This document shows, in pieces, positions 17,667-28,020 of a stretch of 41,850 nt of DNA (the stretch's first letter is position 1; each line of letters opens with the position of its first letter). The DNA comes from an uncultured Clostridia bacterium (GTDB lineage Bacteria > Bacillota > Clostridia > Christensenellales > UBA1242), in assembly GCA_947629505.1 (NCBI GenBank), contig CANRDW010000004.1, positions 1-41,850 of the forward strand, read 5' to 3'. Under the pieces are notes generated by a model. It was given only the letters and a program-made list of their open reading frames with translations. It was not told the DNA's origin and ran no database searches. The translations under genes and the position numbers were made by a program.

Positions 17667-18785
17667 ATGATTTATCTTGATAATGCAGCAACTACAAAGA
17701 TGTTTGACGAGTGTGTGCAAACTTTTCGCACATATTCTTGTGACAAATTTTTCAATCCATCTGCACTTTCTATTGCGTCAATGGATGTTCAAAAAGACAT
17801 CGCCAAGGTGAGCAAATTTTTGCTTGAAAAAATTGGCGCGAATGTTGGAGATATCATCTACACGGGGTGTGCAACTGAAAGCAACAATCTTGCAATTAAG
17901 GGGAGCATGCGAAATGGCGCTTGGGAGTATGTTTTCTCATCCGGCGAGCATCCTTCTGTATATAATGTTGCAAAAAAGTTGGAACAAGATGGCTGTCTTG
18001 TTCACTTTGTTCCTCTTAAAAGTGACGGCACTTGTGATTTGGAAGAACTGAAAAAAGTGTTAAATGAAAAAACAAGGCTTATCAGCATCATGCATGTCAG
18101 CAATGAAACAGGTGCAATCAACGACTTGGCTGAAATTTCAAAATTGAAACAGCAATTTTGTCCAAAGGCAGTTTTGCATGTTGATGGTGTTCAGGCGTTT
18201 ATGAAAATTCCTTTCAAATTGTCGCAGACTTTGGTTGATTTGTATTCGTTCAGCGCACATAAAATCCACGGGCCAAAGGGAATTGCCGGGCTTTATGTCA
18301 AAAATAAAGGGGCGCTTAAAGAGTTGTTTCAGGGTGGTGGACAGCAGTTTAATCTGCGTTCTGGCACAGAAAATGTTGCCGGAATAATGCAACTTCAAAC
18401 TGCCGTTTCCTTGATTGATGTTGAGAAAAATTTTGAAAATGTGAAAAATTTGAAAAACGCCTTTAAAAAAGGCATTTCTTCGGATGGGGTTGTTGTGCAT
18501 GATTTTGATGGCTCGCCTTACATATTGAATTTGATGTTCTTTGGCGTTAAGGGTGAAACTATGCTTCACGCACTTGAAGAAAAGGGTGTGATTGTTGGGC
18601 TTGGCAGCGCTTGTTCAGCGAAAAAAGCGGGAAATCGCATTTTGGAAGAGATTGGCTTTTCAAAAGATGAGATTATTTCAAGTGTTCGAATAAGTTTCAA
18701 TGCTTACATGAGCGAAAATGAGGTGACGGACGCTGCAAAAATTATCAGTGATGTCTATGCGGACATAAAAAGAAGGGTGCAATGA
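17667..18785 (+). CDS. Cysteine desulfurase (IscS/NifZ-like, ThiI partner)
   Basis: IYLDNAATT, EHPSV, SAHKIHGPKG (PLP Lys), RSGTENV, GSACS. Confidence 0.93.
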   Translation: MIYLDNAATTKMFDECVQTFRTYSCDKFFNPSALSIASMDVQKDIAKVSKFLLEKIGANVGDIIYTGCATESNNLAIKGSMRNGAWEYVFSSGEHPSVYNVAKKLEQDGCLVHFVPLKSDGTCDLEELKKVLNEKTRLISIMHVSNETGAINDLAEISKLKQQFCPKAVLHVDGVQAFMKIPFKLSQTLVDLYSFSAHKIHGPKGIAGLYVKNKGALKELFQGGGQQFNLRSGTENVAGIMQLQTAVSLIDVEKNFENVKNLKNAFKKGISSDGVVVHDFDGSPYILNLMFFGVKGETMLHALEEKGVIVGLGSACSAKKAGNRILEEIGFSKDEIISSVRISFNAYMSENEVTDAAKIISDVYADIKRRVQ

Positions 18786-19945
18786 AAAAAGTTCTTTTAC
18801 TTAAGTTTGGAGAGTTGTTTTTGAAAGGCAGAAATCGCCATGATTTTATCAAACTTTTAAAGACAAACATATTGAAAAAATTGCATGGATTTGAATGTCG
18901 TCTTGAAGAAACTCAGGGGCGACTTGTTTTGTCGGGCTATCAACAGGACAAAGAAAATGAAATCATCTACAAATTGCAGCAAGTGTTTGGGCTGATTGCC
19001 GTTATGGATGCCAAAGAGATTGACACCACGCTTGAAAATATTGAAAATGAAGTTTTAAAGGTGGACTTAAGTGGTGCAAAAACCTTTAAAGTTTCAACTA
19101 AGCGCGCCGACAAAACTTTTTCCATGACTTCAATGGATATGGACAAACATTTGGGCGAGATTATCCTTGAAAAATATGAAAATTTAAAGGTTGACCTCTA
19201 TGAGCCAGAGGTGACAGTGTATGTTGAGATAAGAAACAACGGCAAAACCTATATATATAATAGGTTATTTAAATGTGCCGGCGGGCTTCCACTTTCAAGT
19301 GCGGGGAGCGGGCTTTTGCTGTTGTCGGGCGGAATTGACAGCCCTGTTGCGGGCTATCTTATGGCAAAACGCGGGCTGAGTTTTGAAGCAGTGCATTTTC
19401 ATTCTTATCCTTACACAAGCATTCAAGCAAAAGAAAAGGTGATTGAACTTGCCAAAGAGATTTCGGCATATTGCGGAAAAATCAAACTGCATGTTGTGTC
19501 ATTCACTGAAATTCAAGAGCAAATTCACAGATGTTGCGACAGCGAATACATGATCACAATTATGCGAAGAATTATGATGCGAATTGCACAAAAAATCTGT
19601 GAGAAAAACGGGCTTGGGGCGATTGTCACAGGGGAAAGTTTAGGGCAGGTTGCAAGCCAAACAATGCAAAGTATGAATGTGACAAATTCAGTTGTGAGTT
19701 CGCCTGTGTTTAGGCCTCTTATTGCTTTTGACAAAGAGGACATAATGGATATAGCGCGAAAAATCGGCACATATGAAACATCGATTTTGCCATATGAAGA
19801 TTGCTGCACAGTGTTTCTTCCAAAAAATCCTGTGATAAGGCCAACAATAAAACGGGCGCAAGAACTCGAAGAAAATTTGGACATAGACATGCTTGTCAAA
19901 CAGGCGCTGAACAATGAAGAGATTATCGAATTAGACAATTATTAA
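18782..19945 (+). CDS. thiI: tRNA 4-thiouridine synthase ThiI
   Basis: GELFLKGRNR, THUMP domain, PP-loop LSGGIDSPVA, GESLGQVASQT, PYEDCC. Confidence 0.95.
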   Translation: MKKVLLLKFGELFLKGRNRHDFIKLLKTNILKKLHGFECRLEETQGRLVLSGYQQDKENEIIYKLQQVFGLIAVMDAKEIDTTLENIENEVLKVDLSGAKTFKVSTKRADKTFSMTSMDMDKHLGEIILEKYENLKVDLYEPEVTVYVEIRNNGKTYIYNRLFKCAGGLPLSSAGSGLLLLSGGIDSPVAGYLMAKRGLSFEAVHFHSYPYTSIQAKEKVIELAKEISAYCGKIKLHVVSFTEIQEQIHRCCDSEYMITIMRRIMMRIAQKICEKNGLGAIVTGESLGQVASQTMQSMNVTNSVVSSPVFRPLIAFDKEDIMDIARKIGTYETSILPYEDCCTVFLPKNPVIRPTIKRAQELEENLDIDMLVKQALNNEEIIELDNY

Positions 19946-19972
19946 AAAAACGCAAGTGAACTTGCGTTTTTT
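19945..19972. terminator. Bidirectional terminator
   Basis: AAAAAACGCAAG-tgaa-CTTGCGTTTTTT. Confidence 0.85.
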
Positions 19973-19973
19973 C

Positions 19974-21140
19974 TTATAAATTTCTTCCTTCAGGGAAGTG
20001 TTTGTGTATGTGACGTTCTTCACTAGAAAAATCTTGATTTTTGTGATGGAAGTTTGTGCTTTCATCAATTCTTTTTCTTGCAAAGTCGGTTAATGCTGCT
20101 CTTTTCCTGCTTGCTTCCAACTCTTCTCTCTTGGCAAAAACGATTGGTTGATAAATCTTATTTTCTCTGTTGATAAGATCTTCAATGTCTTGTTGAGAGC
20201 CATCTGAATCAATACATTTTTCAGTAAGGTCAGTCAAATACAGTCTGTATTTCTTTGCGATTTCGTTCATTGCATCGCTGCCTTTTTCAAAGGACTCTGC
20301 AGGAGTGTTTCTTAAATTGTCATAAAAATCATTTTGCTTTTCAGTTTCAACGTTTTCTTCGACTGCCACTTCAGGGTTTTCTTCAACAGGTTTTTCAGCC
20401 ACTTCTTCTGTTTTATCATTGTAAACATAATCCAAAACAGATTCAAAAAATTTGTCATATGCATCTCTGCAGTTGTTGGAAGAATACATGAAGAAAGCGT
20501 TTTTGTGTTTTTGGTCATCACAGAAAGTCATAAAATCTGCAACAGTGTTGAGGTTTTTGTCTGACAAATATGTAAACAGTATGTTCATCTGTTTATCGTC
20601 TTGACCATCAACCAAATCTTTCAGGAGGGTGGTGTCTTGTTTGTGCTTATCTCTCAGCGATGGAGTCAAAAATCTTCTTCTTTGATGATTTTGTGTTTTT
20701 TCTTCGGTTTGAGAAACTTGTTGAGCTTGTTCTGGCTGAGTTTGAGCATTATTGAAATGGTTGTCATAAAGTTCGTGTGCGGCATTCATTAATTTTCTGA
20801 TGGAATAATCATAGTTGTCGAGTTGTGTGAATGGACGACTTTTGTAATTGTATTTGTCAGTGTGTGCGGAAGTGTATTGCTCATTTATCTTGCTGATAAT
20901 GTCCTCAAACAAAAACACTTCTGGATTTTTTTTGAAGAGGGTGTAGATGGCATTGAAATCTTTGCTTGTGCGATCAAAATTTCTATATGCCTCGTCAGCG
21001 CGCTGTCTTGCTTCTTCAAGTGTCTTGGCAGGCTTCCATCTTCTTGCGACTGAATTGATGAGTTCTTCTTGAGTTTTTTCATGAACTTTAACTTTTTTTC
21101 TAACAAAGTTGCCTTGTCGATTATAATGATAATTTGCCAT
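19974..21140 (-). CDS. Hypothetical soluble protein, 388 aa
   Basis: Long ORF with its own promoter (TTGACT 21197-21192, 17 bp, TGaTATAAT 21174-21169) and AAGGA RBS. No motif recognised. Confidence 0.75.
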   Translation of the reverse strand: MANYHYNRQGNFVRKKVKVHEKTQEELINSVARRWKPAKTLEEARQRADEAYRNFDRTSKDFNAIYTLFKKNPEVFLFEDIISKINEQYTSAHTDKYNYKSRPFTQLDNYDYSIRKLMNAAHELYDNHFNNAQTQPEQAQQVSQTEEKTQNHQRRRFLTPSLRDKHKQDTTLLKDLVDGQDDKQMNILFTYLSDKNLNTVADFMTFCDDQKHKNAFFMYSSNNCRDAYDKFFESVLDYVYNDKTEEVAEKPVEENPEVAVEENVETEKQNDFYDNLRNTPAESFEKGSDAMNEIAKKYRLYLTDLTEKCIDSDGSQQDIEDLINRENKIYQPIVFAKREELEASRKRAALTDFARKRIDESTNFHHKNQDFSSEERHIHKHFPEGRNL

Positions 21141-21325
21141 TTTGATTTTTTTCCTTTTTTACCCCACAATTATATCACGGCGGGGGCAATAAGTCAATAT
21201 GCAAAATCCAAAAAATTTACATCCTTCAAAAGCAAAATTGGATAAAATGAAAATGTATATTCATTTATAATTATAAATTTCATTTTTATAAATTTTCAAA
21301 ATTTGAAATTTTTATAAAAAATTGA

Positions 21326-21420
21326 TGAATAAATATACAAAAATCGCTTGCATATTTATAAATTTTAGTGTATAATAATCAAAAATGCATGAATAAACAT
21401 AAATTTATATTTATGCATAA
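21326..21420 (+). promoter_or_regulatory. argR sigma-A promoter overlapped by ARG-box-like sites
   Basis: TTGCAT(21348)-17 bp-TATAAT(21371). ARG-like cores TGAATAAATATACA, TGCATATTTATAAA, TGAATAAACATAAA and TTTATATTTATGCA. Confidence 0.65.
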
Positions 21421-21471
21421 AAGCCTACACACCGCTAAAATACGAATGTGTAGCGATTGAAGGAGGAAAAG

Positions 21472-21924
21472 ATGGCACGCAGTTCTAGACAGTCAAAAAT
21501 TTTGGAACTTATTTCCACAAAGGAGATTGAAACGCAAGAAGAACTCGCAAAAGAACTTAAAAATGCAAACTTTGAAATCACTCAGGCGACAATTTCGCGC
21601 GATATCAAAGAACTTGGCTTGACCAAAATTTTGAGTAGCAGCGGCAAATATAAGTATGCTATTCTTGGTGGCGAACAACAAGTTGTTTCCAACAAATACA
21701 TAAACATTTTTAAAGAGAGTGTCATTTCCGTTAAGCCGGCGCTTAATTTGGCGGTTGTCAAAACAATCAAAGGCATGGCGGCTGGCGTTTGTTCTTTTAT
21801 CGACAAACTCAATTTAAATGAACTTCTTGGAGCAACCTGTGGTGATGACACTGTGATGCTTATTTTCCCTTCCACAACACTTGCAAATGAAGCAGTTGTA
21901 ACTTTGCAAGATATTATGTTATAA
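21472..21924 (+). CDS. argR: Arginine repressor
   Basis: IETQEEL, TQATISRDIKEL, G..CGDDT, AGGAGG RBS. Confidence 0.95.
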   Translation: MARSSRQSKILELISTKEIETQEELAKELKNANFEITQATISRDIKELGLTKILSSSGKYKYAILGGEQQVVSNKYINIFKESVISVKPALNLAVVKTIKGMAAGVCSFIDKLNLNELLGATCGDDTVMLIFPSTTLANEAVVTLQDIML

Positions 21925-21941
21925 TCTTTTTGTAGGAGCGA

Positions 21942-23603
21942 GTGATGCTTTCTTCTTTAACCTTGACAAATTTTGCTTTGTTCAAAAAGCAAACTATTGA
22001 TTTTAAAGATGGATTCAACTGCCTCTTGGGGCAATCGGGTGCGGGCAAGAGTATTGTCATTGACGCACTCAGTTTTTCTCTTGGCGCAAAATCTGACAAG
22101 ACTTTTATTCGCTCGGGGGAAACTTCTCTTCGCGTGGATGCCGTTTTTGACAACTTGACGCCTGAGCAAATTGCAATGCTTGGTGATTGGGAAATCGATT
22201 TTGACGGCGAACTTATCTTATCACGCACTTTGTCACAAGATGGAAAATCGTCTGTGAAGATGAATGGCTTGCCTGTGACATTGAAGATGCTTCAAAATTT
22301 TGCGCTCTCTTTGGCTGACTTTTGCGGGCAGCATGACAGCGTTGGACTTTTGAATGTAAACAATCATCTTCCGCTTTTGGACAGATTTGCCGGGGCTGAA
22401 GTTTCAACTTTGCAAAGCGAGGTTGAAAAGACTTATGACCAACTTAAAACTGTTGAATCACAGATAAAAGACATGGGCGGCGATGATGCACAGCGTGCAC
22501 GCGAGAAAGAACTTTTGGAATATCAGATCGATGAGATTGAAAATGCGCACTTGCAACTTGGCGAAGTGGAAGAGTTAAAAAAGCGTTTTGATTTTATCTC
22601 TTCTTCAGAAAAAATCTTTGAGCAAGTGGGAAGTGTTTTGGAAAAACTAGATTCTGGCAGAGAAAATGTGACATCGATGCTTTATGATGCGAAGAATGAA
22701 CTGTCGCAGTTTTCCAATTTTGACGACATAGAAGAATGCCGCCAGAGGATTGAGAATTCTTATTATGAACTGAAAGATGTTGCCGAAACGCTTGAAACAA
22801 TCAGGCAAAACACAGATTTTGACCCAAAAGAACTTGAACGAATAGACGCAAGGCTTGACCTTATCAAATCCCTTTCACGCAAATATGGAAAGACGATTGA
22901 GGACATTTTAAATTTTCAGGAAGATTGTCAGCAAAAACTTGAAAATCTTGAAAACAGCGTTGAAATTTTGGCTAAACTTCAATCTCAAAAACAACAACTT
23001 GAGAGTGTTTTGAAATCTCAATGTCAAAAACTGAGTGAATGCCGCAAAAAATATGCGCTTGTGTTTGAAAAGTCCATTTCAAAAGAACTTGAAGATTTGC
23101 AGATGCAGGGCACAGCGTTTAAGGTTTGTTTTGAAGAGGTTGCTCCATCTAAAAAGGGCTTTGACAGTGTGAAATTCATGTTCTCAGCAAACAAAGGTCA
23201 GGACATTCGCGATTTACATAAAACGGCGTCTGGAGGGGAACTTTCAAGGCTTTTGCTTGCGTTTAAAAACGTTATGCTTGAAAAAGAAAGGGTGCAGACG
23301 ATTGTGTTTGACGAAATTGATGCCGGAATAAGCGGTCACACAGCGGGCAAATTGGCAGAAAAACTTGTGAACATCTCAAAATTCACACAGATTATTTGCA
23401 TCACGCACACACCTGTTGTGGCATCAAAGGCAAACGAATTTTTGCTTGTTGAAAAAGAGATTGTTGACGAAAACACAGTGTCAAAAGTGTCACATTTGGA
23501 TAAAAGCAGCGCCGTTGTGGAAGTTGCACGGCTTATTGATGGCGCAGCAGACGTTTCACAGACGGCAATCAATCATGCAAAACAATTGTTTGAAAACAGA
23601 TAA
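21942..23603 (+). CDS. recN: DNA repair protein RecN
   Basis: GQSGAGKS, coiled coil, ASGGELSR, FDEIDAGISG, ITH, located after argR. Confidence 0.95.
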   Translation: MMLSSLTLTNFALFKKQTIDFKDGFNCLLGQSGAGKSIVIDALSFSLGAKSDKTFIRSGETSLRVDAVFDNLTPEQIAMLGDWEIDFDGELILSRTLSQDGKSSVKMNGLPVTLKMLQNFALSLADFCGQHDSVGLLNVNNHLPLLDRFAGAEVSTLQSEVEKTYDQLKTVESQIKDMGGDDAQRAREKELLEYQIDEIENAHLQLGEVEELKKRFDFISSSEKIFEQVGSVLEKLDSGRENVTSMLYDAKNELSQFSNFDDIEECRQRIENSYYELKDVAETLETIRQNTDFDPKELERIDARLDLIKSLSRKYGKTIEDILNFQEDCQQKLENLENSVEILAKLQSQKQQLESVLKSQCQKLSECRKKYALVFEKSISKELEDLQMQGTAFKVCFEEVAPSKKGFDSVKFMFSANKGQDIRDLHKTASGGELSRLLLAFKNVMLEKERVQTIVFDEIDAGISGHTAGKLAEKLVNISKFTQIICITHTPVVASKANEFLLVEKEIVDENTVSKVSHLDKSSAVVEVARLIDGAADVSQTAINHAKQLFENR

Positions 23604-23634
23604 ACAGTTATGAAAACATAACTGTTTTATTTTT
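23602..23634 (+). terminator. Rho-independent terminator after recN
   Basis: AAACAGTTATG-aaaa-CATAACTGTTT followed by a T-rich tract. Confidence 0.75.
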
Positions 23635-23682
23635 ATAATATTTCACCATCTGCCCTCATATTTATATAGAAAGGGGGCTTGT

Positions 23683-24309
23683 ATGGCTAATTTTTTCGCA
23701 GATAATTTTTCTGATTGCGTGGCACTTGCTGTGTTTTTGCTTGCGATGTGCCCAATGGTTGAAAGCAAAATCGCAATCCCGTTTGCATTGTCAAGCGTGC
23801 TTTGGGGCGACTGCACTCTTTCGCCGCTTTGTGCCTTTGTTGTGGCTTTTGCCGGAAGCATGTTGCCAAGCATTTTGATGATTTATCTGTCTAGATTTAT
23901 CAAAAACAAGACAAGTGGCTTTGTGCATGACAGGTTCACTAGTTTTATGTCCAAGCATTTTCAAAAGAATGTTGATAAAGTTTCATCAAAGACAAACACC
24001 TTTCAAAAGTGCATGGCGATTGCAACTTTTGTGGCTGTGCCACTTCCATTGACGGGGACATACACGGGCAGTCTTGTTGCGGGCTTTACAAATCTTAAAA
24101 TTTGGCAGTGCTTTTTGAGTGTGCTTGTGGGCGAACTTCTCTCGTGCGGGGTGATGCTTACACTTTGCGTGTTGTTTGAAAACTCCGCTTTCTATGTGCT
24201 TTTGGCGTCTATATGCCTTTTATTTGCGTTTTTGCTTGCAAATCTTGTCATTGCACTCATTTCAAAAATAAAAAAGAAAAGAGATGTAAATTCGTCCTTC
24301 AAAGACTAA
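23683..24309 (+). CDS. Small multi-drug export (COG2426-like) membrane protein
   Basis: M.P.VE.K.AIP and FVAVPLPLTGTYTG motifs, multiple TMs. Confidence 0.8.
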   Translation: MANFFADNFSDCVALAVFLLAMCPMVESKIAIPFALSSVLWGDCTLSPLCAFVVAFAGSMLPSILMIYLSRFIKNKTSGFVHDRFTSFMSKHFQKNVDKVSSKTNTFQKCMAIATFVAVPLPLTGTYTGSLVAGFTNLKIWQCFLSVLVGELLSCGVMLTLCVLFENSAFYVLLASICLLFAFLLANLVIALISKIKKKRDVNSSFKD

Positions 24310-24326
24310 TAATCTCTTTTCGTTTT

Positions 24327-24358
24327 TAAGTTAAGTCATTTAACTGCGACTTAACTTA
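24327..24358. terminator. Hairpin between convergent genes
   Basis: TAAGTTAAGTC-10 nt-GACTTAACTTA perfect 11-bp inverted repeat. Confidence 0.55.
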
Positions 24359-24405
24359 TTTGTATTGTCTGCGATAATTTGAAAAATATTCAAACTTTTT
24401 AAAAA

Positions 24406-25971
24406 TTATTTTGCATATCTTTTAAACAAGAATTTTTTGATGTAATAGTTGATTGGAAAGGCGAGTAATATCGCGAAAATAGGCACAAGCAAACTTGTCA
24501 GATAATGTGAAAATGTTTCATACTGCATGCCCGCAATCACGTTTGCAACCAGCACAACCACGCATCCAAGCACAAACACTGCCCAATTGACAACGGCGTT
24601 GTAGGTGAGTGACGCTTTTTTGCTTGGCAGAGTTTTGTGAATTATGAATGTGACAATGCAGTGAATCAAAAACAAAATTGGCACTGTGTAGAACAAGAAG
24701 TTTGAACTTACACTCAAAAGATTTGCCCCACAAATTATTCCAAATAGCACTGCGCATCCAACTCCGGAAAGCAGAAGCAAAATTGCGGAAGATATGAATG
24801 TCAAAAAGTTTGTGTTGTGAATGCGCTCTACATTTGTTTTCTTGTATTCTTTAAATTCAATTCCATGGCCGTTGTAATATGATTTTAGGCTGTTGTAGTC
24901 CACAAAACTTGCCATATCGTTGTAATTTTCGCTCTCTTCTTTGACAGGCTCTTTGACAGGGGAGGCCTTTTCTTTTTTGCGTTCAAAAAGTTTGCTCATC
25001 ATGTCTTTGTAGGTTGGCTCTAAGTTTGTGTCGCGTTTTGGCGCTGGGAGTGAAGTGACATCAATATCAATGTTTGGCGGAGTGATTTTGCGCTGAACAG
25101 GAATTTCACTTTCGTTGATCTTTGGCTCGGTGATGAAGATAGCGTCATCCACAGCACTTTCTTTCACAGTTTCCTCTTGCACAGGGGCAGGAGGCTCTTC
25201 TACATGGTGATTTTCACGCGCAGATAGCAGTGAAGATTTGAGTTGTTCAATGCGCTGTCTTTGCATTTCTTGATCTTCGGCACTTTCATACACAACAGAC
25301 ATTTCAATCTGATTTTCAGAGAAACTTTTGCGTTTGCGATATTTGTTAAATTCATTTGCTGAGTCATACAGGCGCTTGTTTTGTTCTTGTTTTTCTTCGA
25401 TGACCCTTTCATCTGCGTCCAAAAAGACGGCATCATCTTTTTGAGGTTGCTCTTGGAGTTTGTTTTCATAATATTCCATCTTTTCTTCATCTGTTTTTTC
25501 TTCAGACTGCTGTGGCATAGAAAAAATGTCCATTTGATTTTCCACGACATCTGATTGAGGCTCTTCTTCCTTTACAGGCTGAGGCTTTTCTTCTTTAACC
25601 ATGTTGAAAAGACTGTCTTGTTGCAAAAATACAGGCTTTTGCTCTTCACTTTCTTGTGGTTCTTCATCATCTTGTGTGTAGGAGGCGTTTTCAAAATCTG
25701 CGGCAAGTTGTTCATATTCGCGTTTGCCGCTTGTGGTGATGGTGTAATAGTGGCGTTTGCCACCAAGTTCACTTTCTCCCCAAAAAGATGAAGAAACAAG
25801 CCCTTTCTTTTCCATACGTGTGAGGCAGGAGTAAAGGGTTGGTTTTTTCATGATGTAATTTCCGCCGGTTTTAGCAGAAATGTATTCGATGATTTCAAGC
25901 CCATATTTAGAGCCTTGCATAAGGCTGTCAAGAACTAAATATGAAACTTGCCCACTTGAATTAAATGCCAT
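24406..25971 (-). CDS. PadR-type winged-helix protein with long acidic linker and 4 C-terminal TM helices
   Basis: KYGLEII...MKKPTLYSCLTRMEKKGLV.S.W......KRHYYTIT..G. Start at ATG 25971 after GAGGG. Confidence 0.8.
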   Translation of the reverse strand: MAFNSSGQVSYLVLDSLMQGSKYGLEIIEYISAKTGGNYIMKKPTLYSCLTRMEKKGLVSSSFWGESELGGKRHYYTITTSGKREYEQLAADFENASYTQDDEEPQESEEQKPVFLQQDSLFNMVKEEKPQPVKEEEPQSDVVENQMDIFSMPQQSEEKTDEEKMEYYENKLQEQPQKDDAVFLDADERVIEEKQEQNKRLYDSANEFNKYRKRKSFSENQIEMSVVYESAEDQEMQRQRIEQLKSSLLSARENHHVEEPPAPVQEETVKESAVDDAIFITEPKINESEIPVQRKITPPNIDIDVTSLPAPKRDTNLEPTYKDMMSKLFERKKEKASPVKEPVKEESENYNDMASFVDYNSLKSYYNGHGIEFKEYKKTNVERIHNTNFLTFISSAILLLLSGVGCAVLFGIICGANLLSVSSNFLFYTVPILFLIHCIVTFIIHKTLPSKKASLTYNAVVNWAVFVLGCVVVLVANVIAGMQYETFSHYLTSLLVPIFAILLAFPINYYIKKFLFKRYAK

Positions 25972-26032
25972 AATTTTGCCCTCTTGTATATATTTTAAAA
26001 TATATAATTTAAATTTGTCAAATAAATTTAGG

Positions 26033-26120
26033 GGTGTTATGCAAAAATTTTTAATTTGCATAATACAACAAAATGCGTGGTATTATGCAAAATAAAAACA
26101 CAATATATTGTGTAGTATGC
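26033..26120. repeat. Intergenic palindromic repeat cluster, copy 3 (several half-sites)
   Basis: GTGTTATGCAAA..TTTGCATAATAC..GTATTATGCAA..ACACAATATATTGTGTAGTATGC. Bases 26096-26120 are the exact reverse complement of 17633-17657. Confidence 0.65.
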
Positions 26121-26193
26121 CATAATTTTTGTAAAATTGGAAAACAACTTAATTTGTTTTGACAAAAAAATTTTAAGTTGTATAATTGACTGT

Positions 26194-26826
26194 ATGGAAA
26201 TCAAAATAATCAAAGAGAAAAGAAAGACAATTTCGCTTAAACTTTTGGACAGCGCCCATGCCGTTGTGAAAGCGCCAAACAGAATGTCAGATGCGAAGAT
26301 AAATGAGTTTATTTCTGAAAAAAGAAGTTGGCTTGACAAAGCGGCAGCCAAACTTTTGGCACGCGAAACCTTTGCAGATGAATTTGACCTTATGAGATTT
26401 GTGTATTTAGACGGCAAAAAGCAGTTTAAAACCGAAGAACTCGCCCAAAACTTCAACGATTTTTCACCTAATAAGAAAAACAAAACGATTATGAATTTCT
26501 ATCTTTCCAAATTTGAAGATTTAGTTTCTTTGGTGCAGGATGTTTCAAATAAAAGTGGGCTTGAATACAGAAAACTGCTTCCAACAAACTCAGTGCGTGT
26601 GTGGGGGACTTATTCCAGCGAAAGAGTGATGAAATTGAATTTCAAACTTGTGATTTTGCCAAAGGAACTTCAATATTATGTTGTTGTGCATGAACTTTGC
26701 CACAGTTTGCACTTCAATCACAAGCCAAAATTTTGGGCAAGTGTTGAAAAATTGTGTCCAAATTACAAGATGTTGAAAAAACAACTTGCGGCATATTCAT
26801 TTGTTTTGAAAAGCAGGTTTATTTGA
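26194..26826 (+). CDS. YgjP/DUF45 (M48-like) zinc metallohydrolase
   Basis: KRKTISL, WGTYSS, YVVVHELCHSLHFNH...FW (HExxH). Confidence 0.88.
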   Translation: MEIKIIKEKRKTISLKLLDSAHAVVKAPNRMSDAKINEFISEKRSWLDKAAAKLLARETFADEFDLMRFVYLDGKKQFKTEELAQNFNDFSPNKKNKTIMNFYLSKFEDLVSLVQDVSNKSGLEYRKLLPTNSVRVWGTYSSERVMKLNFKLVILPKELQYYVVVHELCHSLHFNHKPKFWASVEKLCPNYKMLKKQLAAYSFVLKSRFI

Positions 26827-26859
26827 ATATAAAAGCAAAAACGGAAGAAACTAAGAAAT

Positions 26860-28020
26860 ATGAAAAAAGGCAGAATTTTCTTAGTTTCTTTTTTGATTGT
26901 CTTTGCACTTGCACTTTCCCTCACAATGCCGCTTTGTGAGATTTTTTCGCTTGAAAACGGCTTTTTGGCGGGCTATGACGATGTTCAGGTGGCAAATTCG
27001 ACCAACAGATTTGGGCTTTTCATAAAAACTCAACTCGAAGAAAAAGAAAGTCAGGTTTCCGGCGAAAAGGTTAAGCAAAATGAGGTTGTTTTCAAACTTT
27101 TTGGCTTTATTCCCATTCGCAAAGTGGATGTCAAACTTTGCACAGATGAGGTGTATTATGTGGGTGGCGTTCCAATCGGACTTGACATAATTTCACGCGG
27201 AGCAATCGTCATTTCAAGTGACAACACCGCCTTAAAAGAGGGGGATATCATAACAAAAATCAATGGGCAAGAAGTTGAAAACTTGCAGCAGATTGAGGGC
27301 TTTTTGGAAATTCAGCCCGAAGAGGCAGAAGTGGAGTATCTTCGCAAAAACAAGCCGACAAAGACCATTTTAAAAACCACACGAGATGAATTTGGGAAAC
27401 TTAAACTTGGACTTTGGGTGAAGGACGACATTGCCGGCGTTGGAACACTCACTTTTGTCAATAAAGACAGCAAAAAATACTCCGCTCTTGGACATCCCAT
27501 TGTTGAAAGCGCAAGTGGGAACATTGTGCCTGTTTCAAGCGGCGATATCTATGAATGTAATTTGATTGGCATAAACAAAGGGAAACGCAACAATCCCGGC
27601 GAACTTAAATGTATTTTCATGCCGGGCGCTCAAAGCAAGGGCACAATCGACAACAACTGCAAATTTGGTATAAACGGCGTGCTTAATGACACAAGTTTTG
27701 TGGATGAAAATGTGACTGCACACTTGGGTGGCAGGCTGGGTGTTGTTATGGGCGATGCAAAGATTGTTTCAAGCATAAGCGGCATAAGAGAAGAATATGA
27801 CATTGAGATTATCAAAACAAACTATCAAAAACATGCGGATGACAAGAGCATTGTGTTTCGCGTGAAAGACAAACGGCTTTTAAATCTTACGGGTGGCATT
27901 GTGCAGGGGATGAGCGGCTCACCAATCATGCAAAACGGCAAAATAATCGGTGCAGTCACGCACGTGTTTTTGTCAGACCCGACGAAGGGATATGGAGTTT
28001 ACACGGATTGGATGCTTTAA
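26860..28020 (+). CDS. spoIVB: SpoIVB serine peptidase (S55) with PDZ domain
   Basis: GLWVKD..AGVGTLTF, ALGHPI, TGGIVQGMSGSPIMQNGKIIGAVTHV. Confidence 0.95.
   Translation: MKKGRIFLVSFLIVFALALSLTMPLCEIFSLENGFLAGYDDVQVANSTNRFGLFIKTQLEEKESQVSGEKVKQNEVVFKLFGFIPIRKVDVKLCTDEVYYVGGVPIGLDIISRGAIVISSDNTALKEGDIITKINGQEVENLQQIEGFLEIQPEEAEVEYLRKNKPTKTILKTTRDEFGKLKLGLWVKDDIAGVGTLTFVNKDSKKYSALGHPIVESASGNIVPVSSGDIYECNLIGINKGKRNNPGELKCIFMPGAQSKGTIDNNCKFGINGVLNDTSFVDENVTAHLGGRLGVVMGDAKIVSSISGIREEYDIEIIKTNYQKHADDKSIVFRVKDKRLLNLTGGIVQGMSGSPIMQNGKIIGAVTHVFLSDPTKGYGVYTDWML

Noticed and set aside
24936-24960. Short tandem duplication (PVKEPVKE) in the PadR-like gene
   Set aside because: It is an ordinary slippage repeat in a low-complexity linker.
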